A DNA stretch of 61,198 nucleotides from assembly GCA_944331715.1 (NCBI GenBank), contig CALVIP010000004.1, positions 1-61,198 of the forward strand. The letters are read 5' to 3'. The stretch is from an uncultured Bacilli bacterium. Lineage in GTDB: Bacteria > Bacillota_I > Bacilli_A > RF39 > UBA660. Each line of letters begins with the position of its first letter. The stretch's first letter is position 1. The notes beneath the pieces are model-generated. The model was not told the origin of the DNA and did not search any database. It worked only from the letters and a program-made list of their open reading frames with translations. Of the stretch, positions 1 through 9,682 are shown one piece after another. Position numbers and translations under genes: made by a program.

Positions 1-16
1 TCTATATATGAAAATT

Positions 17-83
17 TAGTACAATCAATTTATACCAAATTTTTCTTCATAAAATTTAGTATAAATTGCTAAACATTGTACCA
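17..83. repeat. Long imperfect inverted repeat, plus three copies of AAAATTTRGTAYAA (11-24 +, 51-64 +, 30-43 -)
   Basis: CAATTTATACCAAATTTT (26-43) vs AAAATTTAGTATAAATTG (51-68) are 17/18 complementary; extended by TAGTACAAT (17-25) and ATTGTACCA (75-83) across a 6-nt bulge. Confidence 0.85.
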
Positions 84-404
84 CAAATGCACTCTTGCTT
101 CGTTTTTTATATCTAATTTTATATTTAAATCACTTAATAAATCTTCTATATATTTAATAACTATGTCTTCTTTTTCATAAGAGGTATCTTCATCATAATA
201 GACAATATCATAATCATTTATATTTTCATCTATCCTAAACCCGTGAAGATAGTTAAAGACAGTTTGGTTAATACATCCTGCTCCTACATAATAGTTTTTT
301 AAATTAGCCTTTTCTAATCGTCTTAATACTTCTTTTAAAGTTTCATTTTTAAATAGTATTTCTTCTAAGTCTTTTAACTGTTCATTTAAGTTTTTACTTT
401 CCAT
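69..404 (-). pseudogene. Nucleotidyltransferase family protein (DUF925-like), apparently C-terminally truncated
   Basis: YVGAGCINQTVFN, INDYDIVYYD and KNEARVHLWY motifs; stops at 111 aa, well before the usual end of this family. Confidence 0.6.
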
Positions 405-412
405 AGTACTCC

Positions 413-1639
413 TTAATGTCTTATTTTATGAATTAATTTAATTAAATAATAGATAGGAGATGTCTTTATTTCAAATTCACCTATTAACTCTTCTATATAA
501 CCATTAAAACCTGTTTTAAACTCATAGATACCATAATCTTTATCATTTTTATCATCAAAAGTATTAGGTATTCCATAGAAATTATATCTATCATAACCAT
601 TATCAATAGCATATTTAATCATTTCCCACTGGATTAAGTACTGTGAATTATAAGATAAGAATTCTTCATAATTACCACTAGATAGATATACTACTTCTCT
701 TTTAGTCATTATAAACATAGAACCTGATAGAGTGATAACATCTCCATACTTTTCTTTTTCTTCTTTCGCTAGTTCTATTTTCTTATTTAGACCATTAATA
801 GTCTCATCTAAAGCTTTTCTTTTACCATCATTATTTTTATTATCACTAAGTTTATTTTTCTTAGCAATATTACTTTCTAATTCATTTTCTAACATTTTAA
901 TATATTTAGATAAATCTAGTTTAGTTACTAAATACTTTATTTCATTTTTCTTACTAAACAAGTCATACATATTTTTATAATAGTTAATATTTCTAATATC
1001 AAATCCTTTTCTTGAACCAGTACTTTGCATTATTTTATAAAATTCATCTAAATTATCTTTTGTTAGTTCTACTATCTCTACTCCGTTTTTAATATTTTTT
1101 CTAATTAAGTTTCTAGTGTTAGGTTTCATATTTTTCATTATTTCATCTTCTGTTTTATCTTTTGTATCTAAAGCATACATAAAGGTTACTTGTTCTCTAT
1201 CATCATAAGGAACACTAGTAAATCCTGTATTTAAAATAGTATTTACAATGTTTGTATTATCATAACCATCTTTAATTATTTCTCCTTTACCATTACGTTC
1301 TTTGTAAGGTACATAAGGGTCAATTCTTAGAACATAACCATTATGTTTTTTGACGAAATCTGTTAGTAGTTTTAAAAATGTTGTTAGTATCTTTTCATCA
1401 GTATAATCTACTAAAGGTCCTCGTGGAGCGTAAAATTCATATTTATTAAAATGTCTTTTCTTACCTACTAGAAGAGTCGCTCCAACTAGTTTATCATTAT
1501 CATATAATCCTAAATAATAAGGAGTCCAACCATTAAGTTTTCTTAGTTTACCTATTTCTTCTGTTTGCATAAAAGTCCTATTAGGACTCTTCTTAGCATA
1601 ATTTTCAAACGTCTTAACATCTATTTCTTTTAATGTCAT
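413..1639 (-). CDS. FemABX/MurM-family peptidoglycan branch aminoacyltransferase
   Basis: FMQT, YAPRGP, LRIDP, coiled-coil insert, YNFYGI and GIYEFKTGFNG...IGEF motifs. Confidence 0.9.
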   Translation of the reverse strand: MTLKEIDVKTFENYAKKSPNRTFMQTEEIGKLRKLNGWTPYYLGLYDNDKLVGATLLVGKKRHFNKYEFYAPRGPLVDYTDEKILTTFLKLLTDFVKKHNGYVLRIDPYVPYKERNGKGEIIKDGYDNTNIVNTILNTGFTSVPYDDREQVTFMYALDTKDKTEDEIMKNMKPNTRNLIRKNIKNGVEIVELTKDNLDEFYKIMQSTGSRKGFDIRNINYYKNMYDLFSKKNEIKYLVTKLDLSKYIKMLENELESNIAKKNKLSDNKNNDGKRKALDETINGLNKKIELAKEEKEKYGDVITLSGSMFIMTKREVVYLSSGNYEEFLSYNSQYLIQWEMIKYAIDNGYDRYNFYGIPNTFDDKNDKDYGIYEFKTGFNGYIEELIGEFEIKTSPIYYLIKLIHKIRH

Positions 1640-1640
1640 T

Positions 1641-3311
1641 TTATTTCCTCCTAAACTTACTAGTTATCTTATTTATTAGTTTACTCCCAAATACTTCTTC
1701 TATTAAATTAAATTTGTGTGCAACAAAGAAATATACTAATACACCAATAAGAGCATAAATAGCGATAATTGGAATGTTTAATAATCTTACTGATGATGAA
1801 ATTGGTATTACTAGTTTTACAAGTGATAAAACAATAAGCATAGCGATATCTGCTAGAAGTATTTTACCTAAAAGTTTAACTGTTGGCATATAACTTACAC
1901 CACATTTTCTTTTTAGGAAGATTAGACATAGAATAATTCCTACGGCATAACCTAGTATAGTTGCAGTTATTGAACCATAAACAGGGACAAAACCTAAGTT
2001 ATGGAAAAGATTAATTAGTGGAACATTTAATACTAATTTTATTAATACTCCTACTACTAGAGAAATTAAAACTTCTTTATAGTATTTTAAAACTTGTACT
2101 ATTGATACTAAAGCTGTATAAGTTGATATTGTTAAAGCGACAAAGACAAAGTATTTAATTATAACAGCTCCATATTCACTATTATTACCATAGAATACTT
2201 CCCAGACAGGTTCACTTAAGAAAGATAGTCCTAAAGTCATAGGAACTGATATGAATAGTAATACTTGTAGAGTTTGATTTATTTTATGATGAATATCTTT
2301 TTTATCTTTTTTTACTGAAGCTGATGTAAGGTTTGGTATTAAACTTACAATGATACCTGTTGAGATAGATACAATAATCATATTGATTTTATTACCCCAA
2401 GTAGAGATTACACTCATAATGTTTTCAGCTTGGGCAGTTGTATAACCAATATCATTTACCATTGTTTTAACAATAGTTGTCATATCAATAAAGTCATAAC
2501 ATGATTTAAAGACATCTATCATAATGAAAGGTAAGGCATACCAGAATATTTTTATTAATATTTCTTTAGTTCTAATTACCGGCTCATCGACATCAAGAGC
2601 TTTTTCATGTAGTTGTTTTTTATTTTTTTTAACTTTATCTAATAGATAGAAATAAGCGAATATCGCTCCTGCTGTCGCACCAAATACGGCAACTCCTACT
2701 CCTGTTTGTAAAGATAAGTTAAAGACATTAATAGCGAAGAAACTACCTGCTACTATAATAATTACTCTTACTAATTGTTCTAATACTTGACTAATAGATG
2801 GAGGGGTTATAAATTTATGTCCTTCTAAATAACCTCTATAAATACTAAGTGTTGGTACAATAAGTATAGCAGTGGCAATTACTCTTACTACCATTGTTAC
2901 ATCTTCTAGTGTATTACCACCTTCTAAGTCTCCAAGAATCGCTTTGGCAATATCAGGAGCGAAGATAAAGAGAATTATAAAGATAGTAATTCCCATAATA
3001 ATGGCAAGTCGTCTACCTAGTTTAAAAGCTTTCTCTTTAGCATTATAATAACCTAATGTCTGATACTCACTAATTATTTTACTAATAGCATTAGGAATAC
3101 CTGCACAGGATAAAGATTGAAATAAGTTATAGATTGTATAGGCATAACCATATAAGGCTCCTCCCTGTCCTCCAATAATTGCATAAAATGGTATTACATA
3201 AAGCATACCTAGTATTTTACTACCTACTATACCTAATGTAGCAATAAAGGCTCCATTTAGAAAGGAATTTTGTTTTAATTCTTTATTTTTCTTTGTCTTT
3301 GTTTTTGCCAT
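1641..3311 (-). CDS. murJ: Lipid II flippase MurJ (YtgP-like, MOP superfamily)
   Basis: Many TM helices; SKILGMLYVIPF, GIPNAISKIISEY and SISQVLEQLVRV motifs. Confidence 0.8.
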   Translation of the reverse strand: MAKTKTKKNKELKQNSFLNGAFIATLGIVGSKILGMLYVIPFYAIIGGQGGALYGYAYTIYNLFQSLSCAGIPNAISKIISEYQTLGYYNAKEKAFKLGRRLAIIMGITIFIILFIFAPDIAKAILGDLEGGNTLEDVTMVVRVIATAILIVPTLSIYRGYLEGHKFITPPSISQVLEQLVRVIIIVAGSFFAINVFNLSLQTGVGVAVFGATAGAIFAYFYLLDKVKKNKKQLHEKALDVDEPVIRTKEILIKIFWYALPFIMIDVFKSCYDFIDMTTIVKTMVNDIGYTTAQAENIMSVISTWGNKINMIIVSISTGIIVSLIPNLTSASVKKDKKDIHHKINQTLQVLLFISVPMTLGLSFLSEPVWEVFYGNNSEYGAVIIKYFVFVALTISTYTALVSIVQVLKYYKEVLISLVVGVLIKLVLNVPLINLFHNLGFVPVYGSITATILGYAVGIILCLIFLKRKCGVSYMPTVKLLGKILLADIAMLIVLSLVKLVIPISSSVRLLNIPIIAIYALIGVLVYFFVAHKFNLIEEVFGSKLINKITSKFRRK

Positions 3312-3401
3312 GTTACATCCTCCAATTTCTTTAAATATAATACCATATTATTGAAAAGTTTTAAAGTAACTTGTATAATTAAAGAAGATAGAGGTGATTT
3401 A

Positions 3402-4652
3402 ATGGAACTTAGAGAATTAACGAAAAAAGAGTTTGACCAGTTTGCTCTTAATCACCCTTTAGGTAGTTTTCAACAAACAAGTTCTTGGGGGAGATTTATG
3501 GAAGGTGATAAATTCCATGCTTATTATGTAGGGGGATTTATTAAAGAACATTTAGTAGGAGCGAGTTTACTTCTTTCTTATGAGAGAAAAAAAGATAAGG
3601 AGAGATTATTCTATGCCCCTCGTGGATTTTTAATAGATTATAAGAATGAAGAATCATTAAAAGAGTTCACAGAAGAAGTTAAGAAGTTTATTATTGAAAA
3701 ACATGGTGTCTTTTTAAAGATAGATCCTTATATTTTAGTAAGAGATAGAAATAGTGAAGGAAATATCATAGAAGGTGGAGTCTATAATGACTTTGTAGAG
3801 GTTAATCTTACTAATGCTAACTTTATTAAAGTTAATGATAGGATTCAACCTAAATGGCTTAGTAGAATTAATTTAAAAGAGAAGACTATAGATGATATCT
3901 TTAATAACTTTAGTCCTAAAGCAAGACAGACTGTTCGAAGAAATGAAAGACTAGGATTCAAAGTAAGAGACTTTGATTTTAAGGATATTGATAAATTTAT
4001 AGGTATTATAGATAATGAAAGTAAAAAATATCGTACTATCGTACCTACTAAAACTTTCTATCTAGACTTAAAACAGGCTTTTGATGGTAATATTAAGTTT
4101 ATGGAAGTTTATTTTAAGAGGGATGAAGTTACCAACAATATTGATAAGATGATTTCAGAGGTAATAAAAGAAAAAGAAGTTAGAATAAATAACTATCACA
4201 ACTCAAAGATGACTGCAGAATATTTTATTGATAAAGAACTTGAAGATGAAGAAGAGATTAAAAGATTAGAGAGTTTAAAAGAATATTTTTCTAAATGTAG
4301 CGATGATGTTAGTATGGGTATTTATATGTTTATAACCATTGGTAATGAAGTTGTGGCATTAAATGGTGGAATTGTGGATGAATATAATAAGTTAGATGCT
4401 TCTTATACACTTCATTATGAGATGATTAGGTATGCAATAGAGAATGGTTATAAGTATTATAATTTATATGAAATTGGAGATATTAATGATTCTAATAATA
4501 AATTAAAAAATTCTTATAACTATAAAAAGAACTTTGGGGGACAAGTTGTTGAATTAGTTGGAGAGTATGATTTAGTAATTAATCCTAAATATACCAATAT
4601 GGCAAGAAAATACTTTCCAGAGTATTTAGGAGTTAAAACTATATTTAAGTAA
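3402..4652 (+). CDS. Second, divergent FemABX-family protein
   Basis: GAGGTG RBS before ATG 3402; FQQT, YAPRGF, LKIDPY and YKKNFGG..VELVGEYD motifs. Confidence 0.85.
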   Translation: MELRELTKKEFDQFALNHPLGSFQQTSSWGRFMEGDKFHAYYVGGFIKEHLVGASLLLSYERKKDKERLFYAPRGFLIDYKNEESLKEFTEEVKKFIIEKHGVFLKIDPYILVRDRNSEGNIIEGGVYNDFVEVNLTNANFIKVNDRIQPKWLSRINLKEKTIDDIFNNFSPKARQTVRRNERLGFKVRDFDFKDIDKFIGIIDNESKKYRTIVPTKTFYLDLKQAFDGNIKFMEVYFKRDEVTNNIDKMISEVIKEKEVRINNYHNSKMTAEYFIDKELEDEEEIKRLESLKEYFSKCSDDVSMGIYMFITIGNEVVALNGGIVDEYNKLDASYTLHYEMIRYAIENGYKYYNLYEIGDINDSNNKLKNSYNYKKNFGGQVVELVGEYDLVINPKYTNMARKYFPEYLGVKTIFK

Positions 4653-4667
4653 TTCATACCTGATACT

Positions 4668-4696
4668 TTGACATTAATATAAAATTATGATATTAT
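4668..4696 (+). promoter_or_regulatory. SigA-type promoter
   Basis: TTGACA (4668-4673), 17 bp spacer, TATTAT (4691-4696) with TGn extension. Confidence 0.75.
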
Positions 4697-4702
4697 GTAT
4701 TT

Positions 4703-4850
4703 AGCAAAGAGATTTGCAATAAGAATAGATGCTTTCAAAAGTGATTTGGTTTGCATCTAATTCAAGAATTAGATGTCTTATTTATTGTTAAATAAGGGAG
4801 ATAATAATAGGAGGAAGAAAAATAACTTAGTATGTTATTTTTCTTTTGTA
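4703..4850 (+). ncRNA. Candidate small RNA, or an empty expression unit
   Basis: Lies between the promoter above and a terminator; internal hairpins; no ORF with a properly placed RBS. Confidence 0.4.
4814..4850. terminator. Intrinsic terminator, probably bidirectional
   Basis: AAGAAAAATAAC-ttagtat-GTTATTTTTCTT followed by a T-rich tail; lies just past the cse60 stop. Confidence 0.7.
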
Positions 4851-4854
4851 TTTT

Positions 4855-5025
4855 TTAATAATAAATTATCATAGCAGAAAAACAATATATCTGCTCTTCT
4901 CCACTAGGAAAAGAACTAACAGCATACTTAATATCTACAACTTCTCCATCTAAATCACCTAAAAACTCATTCATTGCTTTTTGTAAATCACTCTCATCTT
5001 CATAGTCGAATATTTTTACTTTCAT
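4855..5025 (-). CDS. cse60: Sporulation protein Cse60/YteV family, 56 aa; absent from the ORF track
   Basis: Manual translation MKVKIFDYEDESDLQKAMNEFLGDLDGEVVDIKYAVSSFPSGEEQIYCFSAMIIYY fits the Cse60 pattern (V.FD.E.E.DL, DIKY.V, EQ.YCFSA.I.Y). Confidence 0.85.
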   Translation of the reverse strand: MKVKIFDYEDESDLQKAMNEFLGDLDGEVVDIKYAVSSFPSGEEQIYCFSAMIIYY

Positions 5026-5060
5026 ATAGTCACAGCCTTTCTACTATATTTTAGAACACT

Positions 5061-5083
5061 TTATCCACAAAAATTGTGGAAAA
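5061..5083. promoter_or_regulatory. Inverted DnaA-box pair, copy 1
   Basis: TTATCCACA (perfect box)-AAAAT-TGTGGAAAA. Confidence 0.6.
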
Positions 5084-5116
5084 AAGCAAAGAGAAATAAC
5101 TTTTTCCTCTTTGCTT
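5081..5116 (-). terminator. leuS terminator
   Basis: AAGCAAAGAG/CTCTTTGCTT stem followed by a U-tract on the minus strand. Confidence 0.65.
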
Positions 5117-5124
5117 GTCTATAC

Positions 5125-7518
5125 CTATTTTACAACTATATTTACTATTTTACCTTTGATAACAATGATCTTAACTATTTCTTTACCTTCAGTGAATTTC
5201 TTTACATTTTCTTGGACTAAAGCTTTTTCTTTAACTACATCTTCACTATCATTAACATTTATTGTTATAGTAGCACGTACTTTACCATTTACTTGGACTG
5301 CTATTTTTTTCTCTTCTTCTATTAAGTACTTTTCTTCATATATTGGATAAGACTCATTATGAATAGAATATTTATTACCAATACTTTGCCATAATTCTTC
5401 TGCTATATGTGGTGCAAATGGTGCAAGTATAAGAAGTAATTTTTCTATATAATATCTAGGAATACCACTTTGTTCATACTTTGATAAAATGTTAGTGTAT
5501 TCCATTATTCTAGCCATAGATGTATTAAATTGAAATTTTTCTATGTCTTCTCTTATTGATTTTAAAGAATTATGTAATACTTTATCAATTTCAGTTATTC
5601 TTTCATCACTTTCTTTTATAGCATTAGTTAAACGTTCAATTTTATGATAAAACTTGTTAATAGAAATTATACCATCATCAGTCCAAGGACCACCATCTAT
5701 ATAGTTAAAGCCAAACATTAAATAGCCTCTTAATACATCTGCTCCATATTTTTCTACTAATGGATCAGGTGCTACTGTATTTCCTTTGGATTTAGACATT
5801 TTCTCACCATCTGGACCTAATATAGTACCTTGATGAACTAAAGATAAGAATGGTTCATCAAAGTTTAGATATCCCATATCTCTTAAAGCTTTAGTAAAGA
5901 ATCTTGCATATAGTAAGTGCATACAAGCATGTTCTATACCACCTACATATTTATCAACAGGTAGTATTTTATTTATTAAATCTTTATTAAATGGTTCCTT
6001 ATCATTATGAGCATCAGGATATCTTAAATAATACCAACTAGAGCATACAAAGGTATCTAGGGTATCTGCTTCTCTTTTAGCTTTCTTACCACATTTAGGA
6101 CATGTACAATTCATAAAAGAGTCACATTTTTTTAAAGGACTTTCCCCATCTGGAGTAAATTCTACATCCATTGGTAATTTTACTGGTAAATCTTTTTCTG
6201 GAACTGGTACTATTCCACAGTCTTCACAGTAAATAATAGGAATAGGAGCCCCCCAATATCTTTGACGAGATACTAACCAGTCTCTTAATTTATATGTTGT
6301 AGTTTTCTTTCCGAAGCCTTTCTCTTCTAGATAAGCATTCATTTTATTTAGAGCATCTTCTTTATTCAAACCATTTAAAAAGTCTGAATTAATGTGAAGT
6401 CCATCACCAACAAAAGCTTCTTTAGATAAGTCTCCTCCTTCTAAAACTGGTATTATCTCTAAATTAAATTTTTTAGCAAATTCATAATCTCTTTCATCAT
6501 GAGCTGGTACTGCCATAATTGCACCTGTTCCATATGTTGCTAAAACATAATCACTAATCCAAATAGGTATTTTTTTATTATTTACAGGATTAATAGCATA
6601 TGCCCCTGTAAAGACACCTGTCTTTTCTTTAGTAGTACTTGTTCTTTCAATATCACTTTGTTTACTAGCTTGTTCTTTATATTTATTAACTTCTTCTTTT
6701 TGAAGAGAAGTAGTTATTTTGTCAACTAATGGTAATTCAGGTGCTAAAACACAATAAGTTGCCCCAAATAAAGTGTCGCACCTAGTTGTAAATACTGTAA
6801 ACTTTTCATCAGTACCATCTACTTTAAAGTCAACATAAGCACCTACACTTTTACCTATCCAATTTCGTTGAAGATTTTTAGTTCTATCAGGCCAGTCTAA
6901 TTTATCTAAGTCATTTAATAGTTCTTCAGCATAATCAGTAATTTTAAAGAACCATTGACTCATATTTTTTCTAATAACTGTGCTACCACATCTTTCACAG
7001 TTTCCTGATATTACTTGTTCATTAGCTAAAACGGTATTACATGATGGACAGAAATTAACAGGAGCTTCTTTTTTATATGCAAGTCCTTTTTCATATAGTT
7101 TTAAAAACATCCACTGTGTCCATTTATAATAATCTTCTTTACAAGTTTTTATTTCATAATCCCAATCCCATGAGCCACCTATTCTACTTAGTTGTTTTTC
7201 CATAGTTTCAATATTTTTATCAGTACTTATAGCAGGATGTATCCCTGTTTTGATAGCATAGTTTTCGGCTGGCAATCCAAAAGCATCGAAGCCCATTGGA
7301 TGGAATACATTATAACCATCCATTTTTTTAAATCTTGCCCATGTATCGGTAACACCATAATTATACCAATGACCCATATGTAATTTAGCACCACTTGGAT
7401 AACTGAACATTTCTAAACAATATAGCTTTTCTTTTTTGCTTTCAGGATTAAACTTATAAAGTTTATCTTCTTTCCACTTTTTTTCCCATTTTTCTTCTAT
7501 TTCATTAAAATTAATCAT
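5125..7518 (-). CDS. leuS: Leucine--tRNA ligase
   Basis: [14 protein letters not shown] and KMSKSKGN class I motifs; CP1 editing domain ([13 protein letters not shown]). Confidence 0.97.
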   Translation of the reverse strand: MINFNEIEEKWEKKWKEDKLYKFNPESKKEKLYCLEMFSYPSGAKLHMGHWYNYGVTDTWARFKKMDGYNVFHPMGFDAFGLPAENYAIKTGIHPAISTDKNIETMEKQLSRIGGSWDWDYEIKTCKEDYYKWTQWMFLKLYEKGLAYKKEAPVNFCPSCNTVLANEQVISGNCERCGSTVIRKNMSQWFFKITDYAEELLNDLDKLDWPDRTKNLQRNWIGKSVGAYVDFKVDGTDEKFTVFTTRCDTLFGATYCVLAPELPLVDKITTSLQKEEVNKYKEQASKQSDIERTSTTKEKTGVFTGAYAINPVNNKKIPIWISDYVLATYGTGAIMAVPAHDERDYEFAKKFNLEIIPVLEGGDLSKEAFVGDGLHINSDFLNGLNKEDALNKMNAYLEEKGFGKKTTTYKLRDWLVSRQRYWGAPIPIIYCEDCGIVPVPEKDLPVKLPMDVEFTPDGESPLKKCDSFMNCTCPKCGKKAKREADTLDTFVCSSWYYLRYPDAHNDKEPFNKDLINKILPVDKYVGGIEHACMHLLYARFFTKALRDMGYLNFDEPFLSLVHQGTILGPDGEKMSKSKGNTVAPDPLVEKYGADVLRGYLMFGFNYIDGGPWTDDGIISINKFYHKIERLTNAIKESDERITEIDKVLHNSLKSIREDIEKFQFNTSMARIMEYTNILSKYEQSGIPRYYIEKLLLILAPFAPHIAEELWQSIGNKYSIHNESYPIYEEKYLIEEEKKIAVQVNGKVRATITINVNDSEDVVKEKALVQENVKKFTEGKEIVKIIVIKGKIVNIVVK

Positions 7519-7867
7519 TCTTACAACATCCTTTCTTCTTGTATATTCTTCCTACTATATCATAACTTACAATTATTAATAGCATTATTAAGACAAATCC
7601 TATCAATAACTGTAGATAAAAACTATCTAATAATGAGACTATTGTTACTACTAATGAAATATCAAAAGCACTAACGGCACTAATTATATTTAAGAGTCTC
7701 TTATAGTTTAGTTTATCTAAATCAAGGTTATATTTACCTATCAAGTAATTAACCTCAACTGGTTTCTTTCTTCTTTTATCTTTTTTAGATTTTCTTACTA
7801 AAAATAATTCATAGATTATAAAAACTAGTAAGAAAGTCATAATAAATAATATTAACTCATCTAACAT
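7511..7867 (-). CDS. Small membrane protein (about 3 TM), overlapping the leuS start
   Basis: AGGAGG RBS; hydrophobic segments; 8-nt overlap with leuS. Confidence 0.75.
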   Translation of the reverse strand: MLDELILFIMTFLLVFIIYELFLVRKSKKDKRRKKPVEVNYLIGKYNLDLDKLNYKRLLNIISAVSAFDISLVVTIVSLLDSFYLQLLIGFVLIMLLIIVSYDIVGRIYKKKGCCKND

Positions 7868-7879
7868 AATACTCCTCCT

Positions 7880-8080
7880 AACAAAAATAGATTCCTATTA
7901 ACAAGAACGAGTTAAACCCGTGGTACCATCTTGCTTCATAGAAATCTATGCACTTTAAAGTTATATCGGACTTATCCGTAAATGTTTAAGGTTATCAAGT
8001 TCAAAAAGTTATTTTATTTGTTTCCACCAACCACAAACTCTCTATTAAAATAGGTCTTTTTTACTACTACAACCACATTT
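7880..8080 (-). ncRNA. T-box riboswitch, Leu specifier
   Basis: Minus strand AGAGAG..GGTGGAA stem I motifs, GAA-CTT specifier (7997-7999), AAGATGGTACCACGG T-box (about 7918-7932); TTGCAA-17-TATAAT promoter at 8094-8122. Confidence 0.85.
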
Positions 8081-8122
8081 AAAATCTAGTATTATTATAC
8101 GAAATATTGTGAGGTATTGCAA

Positions 8123-8983
8123 CTACTTTTTGTTAATACTATACGTCTTTTCTCTGTAAATTCTATCAGTATGAACAATAGAATTACATATTGGAAGCAT
8201 ATCTTGTTTTGAAAGATAACAAAGACTAGAAGACTTTCTATTAAAAGTAGGAAACATTGTAATTATCTTATTAGTATTAGGAATCGTTGCCACCCTAAAA
8301 AAGTTTAAACTTAAACCAGTTTCACTTCTACCAATATCTTTAAAATAAAATATATAGGTATCTGAGAAGTCCCACTTAAGTTTTATTTCTCTTTTTTCAA
8401 ATTCTATATTTCTAGTAGCTACTAAAAATAGTTCTTCTAAATCATAATGACTATAAAATATAGAACTAGTATTTTCATTAGGATTATTATTAGGACTAGT
8501 ATGTCTTAATTCAATATGTTCTAAGGCCCTATTATAATCGTATTTTACATATTGCTGTTCTTTATAATCTAACTCTTTAGGTATTTCTATTCTTTTACTT
8601 ACAAATAATTTTAGAAATACTTGTACTCTTTTTAAATATTGTGATGCTTTTTTTAAATCTTTTTCTTTCTTTAAATCTTGGAAGTTTCTATTTTTACTTT
8701 TCTTCCATAAATTGTATAATTTATCATATTTTTCTAACTTGATATATATTTCTGAAAGTGATTTAAACACACAAAAGTAATTAGAATCTTGTCCTTTTAA
8801 TATCTCTAATGCTTCCTTTAGTTTTCCTCTTTGTGTGTAAATGTTAGCAAGAGTACTTGATATTTCTGGGTCATTATTAAAATCAAGATATCCTTTGAGT
8901 AAAGCTTCTGCTCTATTTATATCTCCGTTTTCAATGCATTCTTTAGCTTCTTTTAAAATTGTCTTCTTTATTTCGTTTTCCAT
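8123..8983 (-). CDS. N-terminal TPR-like helices plus C-terminal putative RNase (BECR/EndoU-like) domain
   Basis: TPR-like LANIYTQRGKLKEALEIL; C-terminal EHIELRH..SSIF..DIG..RVAT..KIITMFP. Confidence 0.55.
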   Translation of the reverse strand: MENEIKKTILKEAKECIENGDINRAEALLKGYLDFNNDPEISSTLANIYTQRGKLKEALEILKGQDSNYFCVFKSLSEIYIKLEKYDKLYNLWKKSKNRNFQDLKKEKDLKKASQYLKRVQVFLKLFVSKRIEIPKELDYKEQQYVKYDYNRALEHIELRHTSPNNNPNENTSSIFYSHYDLEELFLVATRNIEFEKREIKLKWDFSDTYIFYFKDIGRSETGLSLNFFRVATIPNTNKIITMFPTFNRKSSSLCYLSKQDMLPICNSIVHTDRIYREKTYSINKK

Positions 8984-9058
8984 AGCTCTTCTCCATTTTA
9001 ATCATTGTAGTACAGAATGAGAAGATGAGCAAGTGGAAATTATAGGCAAATAATGACA

Positions 9059-9682
9059 TTATTTTGTTTTCTTTTTTACTTTAGAAGATAGTTCACTTAC
9101 TAAATTACCATACATAAGTCCCATATAAGCTCCTACAGCTGTAATTAAAATCCAAAAAGCTGTATCTTCCATATTTACTTTATTACTTTCTCTTACTGTT
9201 ATTACACTATTGTAATTGATAGTTTTTATATTTATTTCTTCTAGAATATTTTCATAACTTGCTGGTAACTCTCTAGATTCTACTTGATAATCATCATAAT
9301 TGTCATAATTACTAATTGATAATAGAGCATTTCCATTCTCAAATTGATTTTGTTTTGTGGTTATTTCTTCATCTGTTAAACTACCAATTGTAAAGCCATA
9401 TAACTCTACATCATAATTATCTCCAGCTTGTGTATAGCTTTTTACCTCTAATTTATTCATTTCTTCTATCTCATCAGATGTTAAAAACTCTGAAGTTGGA
9501 TTTAATCTAGTTAAACCTTCTGTTGTCCTAATAGTGGCATCTGTGGTTACTTGATAAGTCTCTATATAATCTTTTATAAATGGTTTACTATCATTTAAGG
9601 CAAGAGTTCCTCCGCCTACAATTAAACCTCCTGAGACAGCTCCTATTGTTAAATTTCTAACATATTTATTTTTTCCTTGCAT
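9059..9682 (-). CDS. Hypothetical membrane protein with N- and C-terminal TM segments
   Basis: Gly-rich hydrophobic N-terminus, acidic middle, C-terminal TM with basic tail; GAGGAGG RBS. Confidence 0.75.
   Translation of the reverse strand: MQGKNKYVRNLTIGAVSGGLIVGGGTLALNDSKPFIKDYIETYQVTTDATIRTTEGLTRLNPTSEFLTSDEIEEMNKLEVKSYTQAGDNYDVELYGFTIGSLTDEEITTKQNQFENGNALLSISNYDNYDDYQVESRELPASYENILEEINIKTINYNSVITVRESNKVNMEDTAFWILITAVGAYMGLMYGNLVSELSSKVKKKTK

Noticed and set aside
4729-4791. 20-aa ORF MLSKVIWFASNSRIRCLIYC inside the candidate sRNA
   Set aside because: No RBS upstream; cannot be supported as coding.
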